64,000 nucleotides of DNA, taken from positions 160,001 to 224,000 of the forward strand of contig CAVVMW010000012.1 of NCBI GenBank assembly GCA_963749495.1, read 5' to 3'. Below, one piece after another: positions 10,230-20,607 of the stretch. The first letter of the stretch is position 1; every line of letters starts with the position of its first letter. The DNA is from an uncultured bacterium (GTDB taxonomy: Bacteria; Verrucomicrobiota; Verrucomicrobiia; Limisphaerales; UBA8199). The translations under genes and the position numbers were made by a program. Under the pieces are notes generated by a model. That model saw only the letters and a program-made list of their open reading frames with translations, searched no databases and was not told where the DNA came from.

Positions 10230-10969
10230 GTTCTGAGCTTGCGTGGCGCATATCTATCGTCGCCTTGCCACTGAAGGCGCAGGAGGCCGAACACACGGTG
10301 GCCATGGTGGTCAACACCTCGAGTCTGCAGGCCGTTGATCCTGCGATACCAAAGGTCGAAACGCTGATCTCCGACAGAGTACTTCCCAAGGACGTACGCA
10401 GCCATGTCGGCGAGCTGCAGGCCAGGCCAAACGTTCGAGACCCCGATGAGCGGGTTGGGGTAGAGCTTGCGATTGTCCCTGATGCCCGCAAGGTAGTTAT
10501 GGACCGCGATGGAGATGTCCTCTTGCGCGCCAAGCCGCTGGTCAAAGACTAGATGAGCGATCTGTTCATCAGGGATGCAGGAGAGGATCCGGACGCATAG
10601 TTCACGGAACGGTGTTGACAGGGCTTTTATATCTGGAGTCAGGAGGGGCGGTTCGGTGTCCCCGTAGATGCAAATGCCTATGAACCGAATACCTGTGGCC
10701 GCCGTCCACTCAATGGCTTCACGTGCTACCGAAAGGTTCTTCGAATACCCGGCCTCGTGCCGGCGGAAACTGGCATTACTGAACAGATTCGTGCCCTTCA
10801 ACTCGCTGCGGAGGTCACGGGCATTGCTTTCCCCATAATACTTCTTACGCATGCGGAAGAGAAAGCGTCCGAGTTCGTCGAAATCCTTGCGTGGACCAAC
10901 GGCTGCCGCCAACACGCCCACTTTCTCTCTCTGGCCCTGGTGCCAACTTTCATCAATAAAGCACCACAT
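10220..10969 (-). CDS. DUF3800 domain protein (predicted RNase H-like fold)
   Basis: N-terminal FIDES, ELKG, VFDQ and GLQLAD motifs; lower GC than neighbours. Confidence 0.85.
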   Translation of the reverse strand: MWCFIDESWHQGQREKVGVLAAAVGPRKDFDELGRFLFRMRKKYYGESNARDLRSELKGTNLFSNASFRRHEAGYSKNLSVAREAIEWTAATGIRFIGICIYGDTEPPLLTPDIKALSTPFRELCVRILSCIPDEQIAHLVFDQRLGAQEDISIAVHNYLAGIRDNRKLYPNPLIGVSNVWPGLQLADMAAYVLGKYSVGDQRFDLWYRRINGLQTRGVDHHGHRVFGLLRLQWQGDDRYAPRKLRTKK

Positions 10970-11143
10970 GATCAAATCATTTCTCGGAGATTGTCGGTTG
11001 GAGGCGTCAGAGACGCTTCTTCGAGGCGTGCCGAGTTGCTTGAATGGTCTTGCGACATCGAACGGGCGTCGTTTTACACCTGAGGGCACTTTTCGGCAAT
11101 ACCAGATTCAGAAAAGCAGGGAGCGGTGCGGTAGCGCGTCCGT

Positions 11144-11208
11144 CCCGTAGCAACGCATGACAGCCTCGCGATGGGAAATCGAATCCTGTTCTCAAGTGTC
11201 GCTACGGG
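11144..11208. repeat. GTAG-type palindromic (REP-like) element
   Basis: CCCGTAGC ... GCTACGGG inverted ends. Confidence 0.55.
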
Positions 11209-11310
11209 TTTCGGGCAGTCCTGGCTCAGGGGTCCGTGGGCACATTCAAGAACTGCTGCTCCGCGACTGAAGGTCTTGGCGGTTGAAACCCGGGACAGGT
11301 CGAGCGACGC

Positions 11311-12693
11311 TCACCCGTAGCCACTGCTCAACGGCGACACCTTCGAGTTGGCGGCCAGCCAGTGATCGGCGCCGGCCGTTTCGGGAGGCGGGCCGCCGGG
11401 GTGTATCCAGAGCCGGAACCGCAGGACAAGCGGCTCGTCTTTGCGGAGCGCGTAGCGGGCGCCGCTCGAGGGAAAGGTGGGCTGGAGCCAGTTCAGCTCC
11501 GGGTATTCGACCCATTCTCCCGGATAGTGCGGATTGGAGGCGTGTTGGATGACGGCCACACCCGCCGGGCTTGGCGCGCCGGCGAAGACTCCGCAGAGGT
11601 CAGCCCAGGCCATGCGCGGGCCGGTCCCCGGCGGGTCGGTGTGCCGGGTGATGCGCTGGTCCTGGACGGCATTGAAGCGGAGGTTGAGGCCGCCGTAGTG
11701 GGCGGCGCCGCGCCGGGCCAGCAGGACGGGCTCGTTCAGGGCTGTGAAATGGAACTCGAAGTCCAGCAGGCGTCCGGCGGCGCCGGCGGCATAGGCGCGG
11801 ATGATCGCGCGTTCGCGCACGATGGGTTCACGGTCTGCCCAGTGCCAGAGGTTCTCTGCGTCCAGTTGGGCGAACACCGGGCCGCCGGAAACGCCGCATT
11901 TGCCGGTGGGCCGGGCAAAGACCCCCTGGAGGGCGTGCAGATCGGCGCGCTGGCCGCGCCAATCGACCTCGGGCCACGCCCAGTAAATGCCGCGGTGATG
12001 CGGATGGTCGCGCAACCAGTCCTTGGTGAGGCATTCGCCCTGCGGACCGTAGAGCGGGTGGATGTAATCGCTGCGCGCGAGGGCGTACTTGCGATTGTCC
12101 TGGGAAACGGCCTGCAAGAAAGTGTCCCCGGGCTCGACCTTCGCGTAGTTATAGCGCAGGACGGGGCTGGCGCCCTGGAGCACCTCGAACTGGCCGCCCG
12201 GCTGCGGTTGGGCCGCCTGCATCAGGACCTTCGCAGGCTCCCTGGTTTCGACGGGCGCGAAGACCCTGCGCCCCTTTGCTCCCTGGGGCATGAGCCAACA
12301 CAGGCGGACCGTGTCGCCGGCAGCAGACTCCAAGAATTGCGCGGGCACAGACCAATCCCAAGCGGCGCTCTCGCCGGTTTGCTCCCGCAATTCGAGCCTC
12401 CCTTCCGCTGCGGCGCGGCGAAGGCCCGCTCCAAGGGAAGCAGTCGCGAGCACCGGCGCCCGCGCGCGCGCCAGGGCGCCATCAGGGTCGTCCACGACGA
12501 GCTTGGCCGGCAGGTCCCCCTCCGGCGCGGCCTGGGCCCAGAGGGCGCCCAGCGCCGCACAGCCAACGGCGCCGCGCGCCGCGCAGAGGACAAAGTCACG
12601 GCGGGAGACTCGAGCAGAAGAAAGAGACGTCACATGCACCGGCACACAGTTACATCGCTGAGCGGCTCGATGGCAATGCGCAAAGGAACGCAT
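11311..12693 (-). CDS. DUF6807/PmoA-like family protein with Tat-like signal (true start probably near 12633)
   Basis: SRRDF; RSDYIHPLYGPQGE, DHPHHRGIYWAW, YGGLNLRF. Confidence 0.8.
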   Translation of the reverse strand: MRSFAHCHRAAQRCNCVPVHVTSLSSARVSRRDFVLCAARGAVGCAALGALWAQAAPEGDLPAKLVVDDPDGALARARAPVLATASLGAGLRRAAAEGRLELREQTGESAAWDWSVPAQFLESAAGDTVRLCWLMPQGAKGRRVFAPVETREPAKVLMQAAQPQPGGQFEVLQGASPVLRYNYAKVEPGDTFLQAVSQDNRKYALARSDYIHPLYGPQGECLTKDWLRDHPHHRGIYWAWPEVDWRGQRADLHALQGVFARPTGKCGVSGGPVFAQLDAENLWHWADREPIVRERAIIRAYAAGAAGRLLDFEFHFTALNEPVLLARRGAAHYGGLNLRFNAVQDQRITRHTDPPGTGPRMAWADLCGVFAGAPSPAGVAVIQHASNPHYPGEWVEYPELNWLQPTFPSSGARYALRKDEPLVLRFRLWIHPGGPPPETAGADHWLAANSKVSPLSSGYG

Positions 12694-12707
12694 CCCGACA
12701 CCGCCCC

Positions 12708-12826
12708 CGTAGCGCAGACTTCCAAGTCTGCTGTATCGCGGGTTTCCTAACCCGCAGGCGTCGCGATTTCCGGCGCCCTGCCGACTGGAAGTCGGCGATA
12801 CAGCAGGTTTGGGAACCTGCGCTACG
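12708..12826. repeat. GTAG-type REP doublet nested in a second inverted repeat (about 12685-12707 / 12848-12870)
   Basis: CGTAGCGCAG ... CTGCGCTACG with internal hairpins; the outer repeat recurs at about 44636-44657. Confidence 0.85.
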
Positions 12827-12935
12827 AACTGGTGTGCCCCGCCAAATGGGGGCAGTGCCCGGATGCGCCCTGCCCAAAGTATAGTCTGCTTTCCTGCTTA
12901 CAACCCAGGGGGCTTCCTGGTAGGTTTCCTCCACT

Positions 12936-13358
12936 ATGGCAGTACAAATTGACATTCTCTACCAGGGCGCCTTGCGGTGCGAGGCCACACACGGGCCGTC
13001 GAAAGAGACGCTGTCCACCGATGCGCCGGTGGATAACGGGGGCAAAGGGGCGGCTTTCTCACCGACCGACCTCGTTGCGACGGCCTTGGGGACGTGCATG
13101 GCGACGATCATGGGAATCGTGGCCCGGCGCAACCAGTTGGACATCGAGGGTTTGAAGGTCCAGGTCCTCAAGGAGATGGTCGCGGAACCGGCCCGCCGCA
13201 TCGGCGCCCTCAACACCCGCCTGGTGTTCCCGCGCGGCAAACGCTACTCCCCGGCCGAGCGCGCCAAACTCGAGGCCGCCGCAAAGACCTGTCCCGTCAA
13301 ACAGAGCCTCCATCCCGAGGTAAAGGTCGCCCTCGAGTTCGTTTATCCCGAAGGCTGA
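12936..13358 (+). CDS. OsmC family protein
   Basis: TDAPVDNGGKG, FSPTDLVATALGTC, CPVKQSL. Confidence 0.93.
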   Translation: MAVQIDILYQGALRCEATHGPSKETLSTDAPVDNGGKGAAFSPTDLVATALGTCMATIMGIVARRNQLDIEGLKVQVLKEMVAEPARRIGALNTRLVFPRGKRYSPAERAKLEAAAKTCPVKQSLHPEVKVALEFVYPEG

Positions 13359-13390
13359 GCCTGCCTTTCCAGGAACTGGCCCCCGGAGCC

Positions 13391-13490
13391 CGCAAGGTTT
13401 TGGACTGCGCCAGTCCTCTGGCGCTTTTTGGACCCAGACCCAGGCGACACGAAAGCGGCAGAGGACTGCCGCAGTCCAAAACGCTTCGCG
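13391..13490. repeat. REP-like doublet (TTTTGGACTGCG ... CGCAGTCCAAAA)
   Basis: Near-identical arms at 54609-54702. Confidence 0.9.
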
Positions 13491-13570
13491 TTCGGCGGCG
13501 CCTGTCCGGTTCATGGTCCCCAAGCAGGATGTCAAAATTGTTGAGCTTTTCCGGCAATGGCCGCGAAGCA

Positions 13571-13825
13571 TCACTTTTCCTCGCCGGTCATGAGATTGTC
13601 GAAGGCCACCGTGGCGGCGTTGGGTTGCAGCCGGAAGACGCGGCGCACCAGGCCGTTCTCCAAAGAGATCTCGTGTCGGGCGGCGTTGGTGACAATTCTG
13701 GCGGCAAACGGCGCCGGCTGGATCAGCCAGTCGGGTTTGGGCAGGGCGCCCGCGCCCGCGCCGTGGACGAACAAGGCGATGAAAAGGAGCCGCAGACTGG
13801 AGGGGTGTAGGAGAAAAATCTTCAC
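13571..13825 (-). pseudogene. N-terminal fragment of a secreted alpha-galactosidase-like protein
   Basis: Signal peptide plus DWLIQPAPF..ENGLVRRVFRLQPNAATVAFDNLMTGE, then stop; family recognised from memory. Confidence 0.55.
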
Positions 13826-13921
13826 AAAATGGATTTTGCTCGGCTTTCGTCGCAAAAAGTGTCTAGGAGTCCAGATGCGAACTGGCATGGACCCGATCGA
13901 TGCCGCTGCATCAGGCCGCCT

Positions 13922-14009
13922 CTTCGTTTCCTTCGTTTCCTTCTGTTCTGTTCCGGTGCCCAGCCGGCAGGACGTAGGAAAAGAACAGAAGGAAACGAAG
14001 GAAACGAAG
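13922..14009. repeat. Inverted array of 9-nt units (CTTCGTTTC / GAAACGAAG)
   Basis: 27-nt arms at 13922-13948 and 13983-14009. Confidence 0.9.
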
Positions 14010-14362
14010 GACTGAAGGCCCAGATCAGCTCCAAGGTCTGCGATCCGGAGGTCCAAGAAGAATTCTGTCGCACACCCGGACCGGAGAGCGTGATGCCGAT
14101 CAACGACAACACGGCATCCGCGCGGCTGAGAATTCGTTTCGAGGCCATATTGGGTCCTTTCCTGAAGGATTTCAACTGGCCCGATCCTGGGTCCGAGGTC
14201 TGGCGGAGTCAAGCCCGGGAGCGAATGTGTCGCGGAGGCTTACCCGGGCCTCCGCTTCGCTCCAGGCCGGGCTCTCACATGGCGGGCCTTCGGCCCTGGG
14301 ACCTACGCGGTCGCCACAATCAAAACAGTTGCCAACTCGCGCGGATCGTGTTTTCTAGCGCC

Positions 14363-15529
14363 ATGAAACTAATTGACCGCCTTGGATTTGCCGGCATTCT
14401 AATAGCGTGCGGGCTCGGTTGCGCTTCGGCCATGGCTGCTGCACCCTCTGAGGACAATTCGATGGTTGTTTATATCGGCACCTACACCGGCGCCCGGAGC
14501 CAGGGCATTTACCTGGCGCGCTTCGATCCCGCCAGCGGCCGGCTCAGCGCGCCCAAGCTGGCGGCCAAGGCCTCCAACCCGAGCTTCCTGGCCATCCATC
14601 CCAACCGCCGGTTCCTCTATGCCGTGTCTGAAACGGGCAATTTCGGCGGCAAACCCGGCGGCGCTGTCGGCGCTTACAGTATCGAGGCGGAGACCGGCCG
14701 GCTGACTTTGCTGAACCAGCAGTCTTCCGGCGGCGCCGGGCCGTGCCATCTCGCGCTGGACCGGACCGGGAAATGGCTGCTGACGGCCAATTACGGCAGC
14801 GGCAGCGTCGCCCTCCTGCCGGTGCAAGCGGACGGCGCCCTTGGCGAACCCGCGGCCACGATCCAGCATCAAGGTTCGAGCATCAATCTCCAGCGGCAGG
14901 AAGGGCCCCATGCCCACTTCATTACGGTGGACCCTGCCGACCACTTCGTCCTGGCTTGTGACCTGGGCCTGGATAAAGTGCTCGTGTACCGGCTCGCCCC
15001 GCTCAAGGGCGCGCTCGTCCTGAATGACCCGCCGTCGGCGGCGCTCAAGGCCAGCGCCGGCCCGCGCCATCTCGCCTTTCATCCCAATGGCCGGCTGGTC
15101 TTCGTCATCAGCGAAATGGGGTCCAGCCTGACGTCCTTTGCCTACGATGCCGCCGGCGGCACGCTCAAAGAAGTGGAAACGGTCTCGACGCTCCCGGCCT
15201 CATTCTCGGGGAACAGCTCCGGCGCCGAGGTCCAGGTCCATCCCAACGGGAAATTCGTCTATGGCTCCAACCGCGGGCATGACAGCATCGTTGCCTTCGC
15301 CGTCGACCCCGCCAGCGGCAGGCTCTCCCTGGTCGGGCACCAATTCACACAGGGCAGAACGCCGCGCCATTTCGCCCTCGACCCCACCGGCCACTGGCTC
15401 CTGGCGGAGAACCAGGATTCCGACAGCATCGTCGTGTTCCAGGTGGACGCCGAAACCGGACGGCTGAGCCCTGCCAGGCAGCAGGTCCGAGTTGGCAGCC
15501 CGGTCTGCATCCAGTTCCTCGCCCGATAG
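14363..15529 (+). CDS. pgl: 6-phosphogluconolactonase (lactonase, 7-bladed propeller), secreted
   Basis: VYIGTYT, NPSFLA, ANYGSG, RQEGPHAH, GPRHLAFHP, SNRGHDSI. Confidence 0.92.
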   Translation: MKLIDRLGFAGILIACGLGCASAMAAAPSEDNSMVVYIGTYTGARSQGIYLARFDPASGRLSAPKLAAKASNPSFLAIHPNRRFLYAVSETGNFGGKPGGAVGAYSIEAETGRLTLLNQQSSGGAGPCHLALDRTGKWLLTANYGSGSVALLPVQADGALGEPAATIQHQGSSINLQRQEGPHAHFITVDPADHFVLACDLGLDKVLVYRLAPLKGALVLNDPPSAALKASAGPRHLAFHPNGRLVFVISEMGSSLTSFAYDAAGGTLKEVETVSTLPASFSGNSSGAEVQVHPNGKFVYGSNRGHDSIVAFAVDPASGRLSLVGHQFTQGRTPRHFALDPTGHWLLAENQDSDSIVVFQVDAETGRLSPARQQVRVGSPVCIQFLAR

Positions 15530-15566
15530 AGGGGGGGCCGGTCCCAAAAGCTTGAGCTTCGGTGAA

Positions 15567-15788
15567 ATGAAAACTCCATCCGACAAGCCGGAAGCGAAGA
15601 CCGCTTCTGCTCTCACTCCGGCCGAACAATCATTGGTGGCCGATCTGGTCGCAGACGGCCTGAGCATTCAGGAGAAGTTCCGTCCCGAGCCACTATACAA
15701 GCAGACAGGCAAGGGCCACTACGAAAGCAGGACTGTCGAGGAAATTCGCAAAGCAAAACAACAACAGCGCTTGAGCACCACAAAGTGA
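15567..15788 (+). CDS. Small hypothetical protein
   Basis: 73 aa ORF whose stop overlaps a GTG at 15785. Confidence 0.5.
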   Translation: MKTPSDKPEAKTASALTPAEQSLVADLVADGLSIQEKFRPEPLYKQTGKGHYESRTVEEIRKAKQQQRLSTTK

Positions 15789-15849
15789 AACGAGCCTGGC
15801 TGCAACCTTTCACGTGGGCAGTCATCGTCGAGACCAACCGGCAGCCAGT

Positions 15850-18800
15850 TCATTGCCCGGCCTTTTGGAGGGCGGCTTTGGCTTGCTGGCGGGCGTCCTC
15901 GATGCGGGGGTCGTTGGAAGCGGGTTCGGCGGCGGCGAGTCTCCAGGCGGCGCGGGCCTGGTCAGCGCGGCCCAGGGCGGCGAGGGCGTTGCCGCGCTGG
16001 AATTGGATGTGGGCCTGGCGGGCGTTTTCGAGCTTGCCGGTAGCGAGGTTGGCCGGGTATTCGAGGGCGCGGTCGAACTCGGCCAGGGCCTGGTCGGCGC
16101 GGCCGGCTTTGAGGTGGGCCTGGCCGAGGGCCAGGTGGGCCTGCTCGAAGAGGTCGTGGACCTCGTGCCCCCCTTCCCAGACGGTCACGCGCACGCGCTC
16201 GAGCATCTGCGCCGTCTCCGTGAAATCGCCCAGCCGGTTCTGTGCCCGGCCCAGGAGCGTGACGAAATCGGAGCGGCCTTTGCCCGATTCGAATGAAGCC
16301 CTGAGCCGATCGCGGGCCTGGACCAGCAGGTCGTGGTTCTCTGAATCCGACCCGGCCTTTTCGGCAAGGTCAAAAAGGACGTTGGCCAGGTCGCGGGCAA
16401 CGATGGCATCTTTGGGGTCGGCTTGGCCGGCCTTTTCGAGCCATTGGCGCGCGGTCTGGAGGTTGCCGTCGAGGGTCTTGGCGGCCATGCCCAGCGCGCG
16501 CCAGGCGATGACCGGCTCGGCGCCCAGTTCGGCGGCGCGTTTCCACTGTTGGCGCGCCTCGGCGTGGCGGCCAAGATGGAACAGGAGATGGCCCAGGCAA
16601 AGGGCAGCCCTGCCGTCCTGGGGGTCGGTCTGTACTGCCCAGCGCAGGACAGGCTCCAGCTCGGGCTGATACGGAAATACGAGGTCGAACGGCAAGGTCC
16701 GCGCCTGGCTCAGGTACTGGCGAGTGGCCGGGAGAAGCGTGGAGTCGGGGGCTGCGGCTTGGGCGCGCCCGTGGAGTTCTTTGAGGCAGGCGCGCCAGTA
16801 AAGCTCGAGTGGGTTGGGCCCAGGCTTTTCGGAGAGGGCCGCCAATGCGTCAGGGGAGATGCCGAACATTGCGTCTGCGCCGGTGTCGCCCAGTTCGTCG
16901 GTACTGGGCCAGGACGTTGAGGATGTCCTGGGTGCCAGCCTCTCCGGTGCAGTACATTAGAGGGCCCCGTTCGGGCATCGGCTCCACGCCGGTGCGGAAG
17001 CGGATATTGAGCGCCAGCGGGTCCAGCGGGTCCAGTTGGAGGTTTTCCTGGGCCAGGTCGGCGGCGCGTCGGACGGCGGACTGGTCTGACTTCGTGAGCG
17101 TGGAGTCCTGGTTGGCAGAGAGACTGTTGAGCAGGGCCAGGGCCAGGCGGTTGCGGCAGGTCGGGTCTTCGCGCCATGACCCAGTTGAGGAGAGGGCTGC
17201 GATGGCGCCCGGGTAATCGTGCCGGCGCAGCTCGAGTTTGGCGACCAGGGCGCGGGCGGCCACGGCCACGGCGGGGTCGCGGGCGGCCAGCCAGGCATCG
17301 TCGAGTGCGGCCGATTCGTGTCCGAGGCGGTACTCGGCGGCGGCCAGAGCGTAGCGCGCCCTGCCATGGTCGGGGGCGGCGGCCAGGGCGGACCTGGCGG
17401 CGGCGGCGGCGGCGGCGGGGTCGCGGTAGAGGTTCAGATGGGCCAGCCCGGTATAGGCCTCCGGGTTGGCCGCGTCCAGTTCGATGGCCTTTTTGAACCG
17501 GCCCTCGGCTTCCGAGTACCGCGCGAAAAGGAAATCCTGCCAGCCGGCCTGGACCAGTTCGGACGGGCTCTGCGGGGGCTTGGTGTTCTTCTGCGGCGGC
17601 TGGCGAGCCGGCAGATCCAGCGGCAGGCGGAACGAGGCAAGCTGCTGCCCGGCGGCGGAGATGTCGATTTGGAAGGGCTCGCTTTCGTCGGCGGCGGCCA
17701 GCCGCAGTTGGGCGGGCTGGAGCGGGGAGATCTTGCACGAGGCGAGTTGGAGTTGGCGGCCGTTTTTCGAGAGCGTGACGGCGGCCTTGGGCCAGCCAGC
17801 CGTGCCCAGGAGGCGGAGGCGGACTTGCCCGGACTCGACCGAGGCATTCACGGCAAGGTTCTTGTTGGCGAAAGTGAAGCCGCCAATCCCATGGATGGGG
17901 TACCACCATTCGTTCCACTCGACGGCCTGGCAGGGGTCCAGCCGGCCGACCTGGGCCTGAGTCAGGAGCGGCCCGGTCTGGACTTCGTTGTAGGGGCCGT
18001 CGGTGTCGGTGAGGTCCGCCTGCTGCGTTTGCCCGTAGCCGCCCTGGCCCCAGGTCCAGGCCTTCTTGCCCGGGACCTGGTAGTGGTTGGCCGTGGAGAC
18101 CACCCCGCGGCCCAGGTCATCGCAATACGAGCCGAAGAAATCCTGGTCGCAATGCCACGCGAAGATCGAGGAGGCATCGAAATAATTCGCGCCGAGGGTC
18201 AGGTCCTTGCCGTGATCGATGGGCCACCGGAAAAAAGTCTCGCCGGCATGGTCGCAGCCGAGGCTCATGGGATAAATAAAGCGGAACCCGGGGGTATTGG
18301 GCATGGCGGTGCAGTTCCAGAAATAGTAGGGGCGGACGGTGTCGGTCGGGTTGTAGATGCGGATGCGTTCCTCCAGAAAGGCCCGGTCCGGGCGCAAGGT
18401 CACCAGGACCGTCCACTTGGTCCCGTAGATCCGTTCGGTCTCACCGACGGCCACGGCGCGGGACCCGTCCTTTTCAGGGGGCAGGATCTCGACGCGGATC
18501 GGCACCATGCAACTGACGGTGTGGCCCTGCGGCCCGGTGTTCCACTCGACACCGCCGCTGGTCCAGGCGCCGCACTGGGCGATGAGGCCGGGCTTGACGA
18601 CGTGGTTGACGTAGAACATGGGCTGGCCGGTGGTTTTGTCGAGCACATCGAAAATCTTGCCGCCCAGCTCGGGCAGGAAGGTCACGCGCAGAAACTCGTT
18701 CTCCAGCACGACTGTCCGGTAGGTCCGGCGCGTCTGCTCGCGGCTCAGGAAATCGAGCATCGGGTAGGGGTAGATATTGACCTTGTCGGTCCCGCGAAAA

Positions 18801-19054
18801 TAGGGGTGCCGGACCGCTGCCCACGGGTAGGTGGGCAAATCGATCTGGCCGGTGCGGGCAGTGACAAGGCCGGCAGCCGACCAGGTGACGTTTGCGGCGA
18901 ACAGGACTGCCAGTGCCAGACCTGGCTTGATGAGGAGCTTGACGAAACCGCCTTTTGAGAGCGCGCGGAAGGTCGAGGGTCGGGTGTCGACTGTCGAGGG
19001 GCCGATGGGGAGGGTCCGATCTGCGTAACCGGGTGAAGTCGCATGTGAATTCAT
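15850..19054 (-). CDS. DUF5107 plus TPR-repeat protein, frameshifted near 16870-16900
   Basis: LENEFLRVTFLPELGGKI, YVNHVVKPGLI, SGGVEWN, PGKKAWTWG; TPRs continue in ORF 15850-16869. Confidence 0.85.
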
Positions 19055-19293
19055 AAGCGCTTTTCGATGATGAGTTCCGAGACTTGAGACTGCAGGATTT
19101 GCTGGCGTGAGGCCTCGAGCAGGGCGATCACGTGCTTCCGTTTGACGCTGGGAAAGCCCTCGAGAAAGTCGTCAATGGAGTCCCCGCCTTCCAGGTGATC
19201 GAAAAGGCTTCCGACGGGAACCCGGGTGCCGCGAAACACGGGCGTTCCTCCCAGAATCTCCGGGTCAGAATGGATGATGCATTCCAAGCTCAT
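19051..19293 (-). CDS. DUF433 family antitoxin with no adjacent toxin
   Basis: DPEILGGTPVFRGTRVPV, SIDDFLEGFPSV. Confidence 0.9.
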   Translation of the reverse strand: MSLECIIHSDPEILGGTPVFRGTRVPVGSLFDHLEGGDSIDDFLEGFPSVKRKHVIALLEASRQQILQSQVSELIIEKRL

Positions 19294-19298
19294 ACCCA

Positions 19299-19327
19299 AG
19301 GCTATCTGCCTGGGCTTGACGTTGCAA
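19299..19327 (-). promoter_or_regulatory. Leaderless sigma70-type promoter of the DUF433 gene
   Basis: TTGCAA-17 nt-TAGCCT-5 nt-ATG on the minus strand. Confidence 0.55.
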
Positions 19328-19361
19328 TCCCAGACGGTGTCCTACAAGATCTCTTTCAGCA
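19309..19361. repeat. 53-bp direct repeat, left copy
   Basis: 47/53 identical, ungapped, to 33946-33998. Confidence 0.9.
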
Positions 19362-19555
19362 CCTCTTTGAACTCGATTATCTCAAACCGCCGTTTGCTGC
19401 GACCGCGAAAGGGAGCCTGAGACAAAATTCTTTGCGTCTCCGCCGTTTAACAGGATCTTCCGAAACCCGACCTGGCCTCATTTTTTCACTTCAAGCACGT
19501 TTAATTGACTTTAATTGGCTTTAAGGTTCGGCGTTCAGGGTTCACGTTTCACGTT

Positions 19556-19795
19556 TCACGTTTCACGTCTCCTCTCCTCGACAGCGAGGCATTTTGAGAA
19601 TTCAGCGCCCAGGGCTCGGAGAGCCGGGTCGCCAGAGGCGAGGAGCTCGGAGAGGGATTGCTGCCCGGCTGCCTGGAGGATGCGGGCACGGAAGTCGGCT
19701 TGGGCTTGCCTGGCTTCGGCCTCGGCTTCGATGCGGTCAGCGCGGCGGCGGTCCAGTTGTAGGGATTGAAAGCTGGAATTTCTCATGGACGCCAC
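19556..19795 (-). CDS. Hypothetical helical protein
   Basis: 79 aa ORF ending in a (TTTCACG)n heptamer tract; no recognised motif. Confidence 0.35.
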   Translation of the reverse strand: MASMRNSSFQSLQLDRRRADRIEAEAEARQAQADFRARILQAAGQQSLSELLASGDPALRALGAEFSKCLAVEERRRET

Positions 19796-19824
19796 TATGC
19801 GCCGCCTCGACCGCTCCTGTCCAC

Positions 19825-20070
19825 GGACAGAGCGGACTGTTCGGACAATGCGGAGTTTTTACGGTTGGGCCGGCTACCGATGGGGTGGATTGTGGCCGCC
19901 CGCGAAGCGGCAATGGCGGGTTTTTGTGAATGTCATCGCGCCGATCGCCACGACGCATCAGATGGCACACGGCACCCGGAAACTGAATCCGCAGTTGGCG
20001 CGGCATGGTCAACTTTGGCTGCCCCGCCCGTGCTGTCACTCGAAAATGCACAATGTAAGGGCTTGACCCG
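19825..20070 (-). mobile_element. Degenerate RAYT/Y1 HUH transposase element, left end (copy 1)
   Basis: End GGGTCAAGCCCTTACATTGTGCATTTT, then MPRQLRIQFPGAVCHLMRRGDRRDDI from ATG 20006, truncated. Confidence 0.8.
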
Positions 20071-20607
20071 TTTCCCCTCGGCGTGGTGACTGCCGTGCAG
20101 GAGCACTTCTGCGTAGGCAAGCAGTTTCTCCTTCTGCCGAGTGCCGATCTGCTGGAGCGGATTGCCGGCATAAATCCCCCACGGCTCCAAGTCTGCATCC
20201 ACCATGCTTGCGGCAACGACCGCCACCCCCTCGCCGATGGTTACGCCGGGGAAAACTGTAACGTTTGCGCCCAACATAGCGAAGCGCCCGAGGGCAACGG
20301 TGGAAATGCGCACGCACCTGTATTGAAAAGGAACCGCCTCACCTGCCAGCCCTTCACCCCAGTAATCGTCAGCGGAGCAGATGATGCGGCTCCCGGCCCC
20401 CAGGCACGAGAAGTCTTCCATGACCAGGCGGTCATCCCACTGGCCTGTCACTGAGCAATGCGGCCCGAGGTGGACATAGCTGCCCAGGGTGACCGCCGTC
20501 GTGATAACCACGTACGGATCGATGACCACGTGGTCGCCGGTGTCAAAGAACTCGGGCCGGATGATGACTGCCTGGGGCGAGATGCGAACGTCCGTTCCGA
20601 CTCTCAT
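19933..20607 (-). CDS. Hexapeptide-repeat (left-handed beta-helix) sugar acyltransferase; 3' end runs into the transposase remnant
   Basis: LGANVTVFPGVTIGEG, PWGIYAGNP; homology appears to end near 20090. Confidence 0.82.
   Translation of the reverse strand: MRVGTDVRISPQAVIIRPEFFDTGDHVVIDPYVVITTAVTLGSYVHLGPHCSVTGQWDDRLVMEDFSCLGAGSRIICSADDYWGEGLAGEAVPFQYRCVRISTVALGRFAMLGANVTVFPGVTIGEGVAVVAASMVDADLEPWGIYAGNPLQQIGTRQKEKLLAYAEVLLHGSHHAEGKRVKPLHCAFSSDSTGGAAKVDHAAPTADSVSGCRVPSDASWRSAR

Noticed and set aside
11165..11200. GGATTCGATTTCCC on the minus strand resembling a tRNA T-arm
   Set aside because: No cloverleaf or acceptor stem; it lies inside a REP-like palindrome.
13829..14362. N-terminal extension of the lactonase (and similar extensions at 54385-54867, 20939-21316, 5713-5847)
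   Set aside because: Translated repeats and intergenic DNA upstream of better starts.
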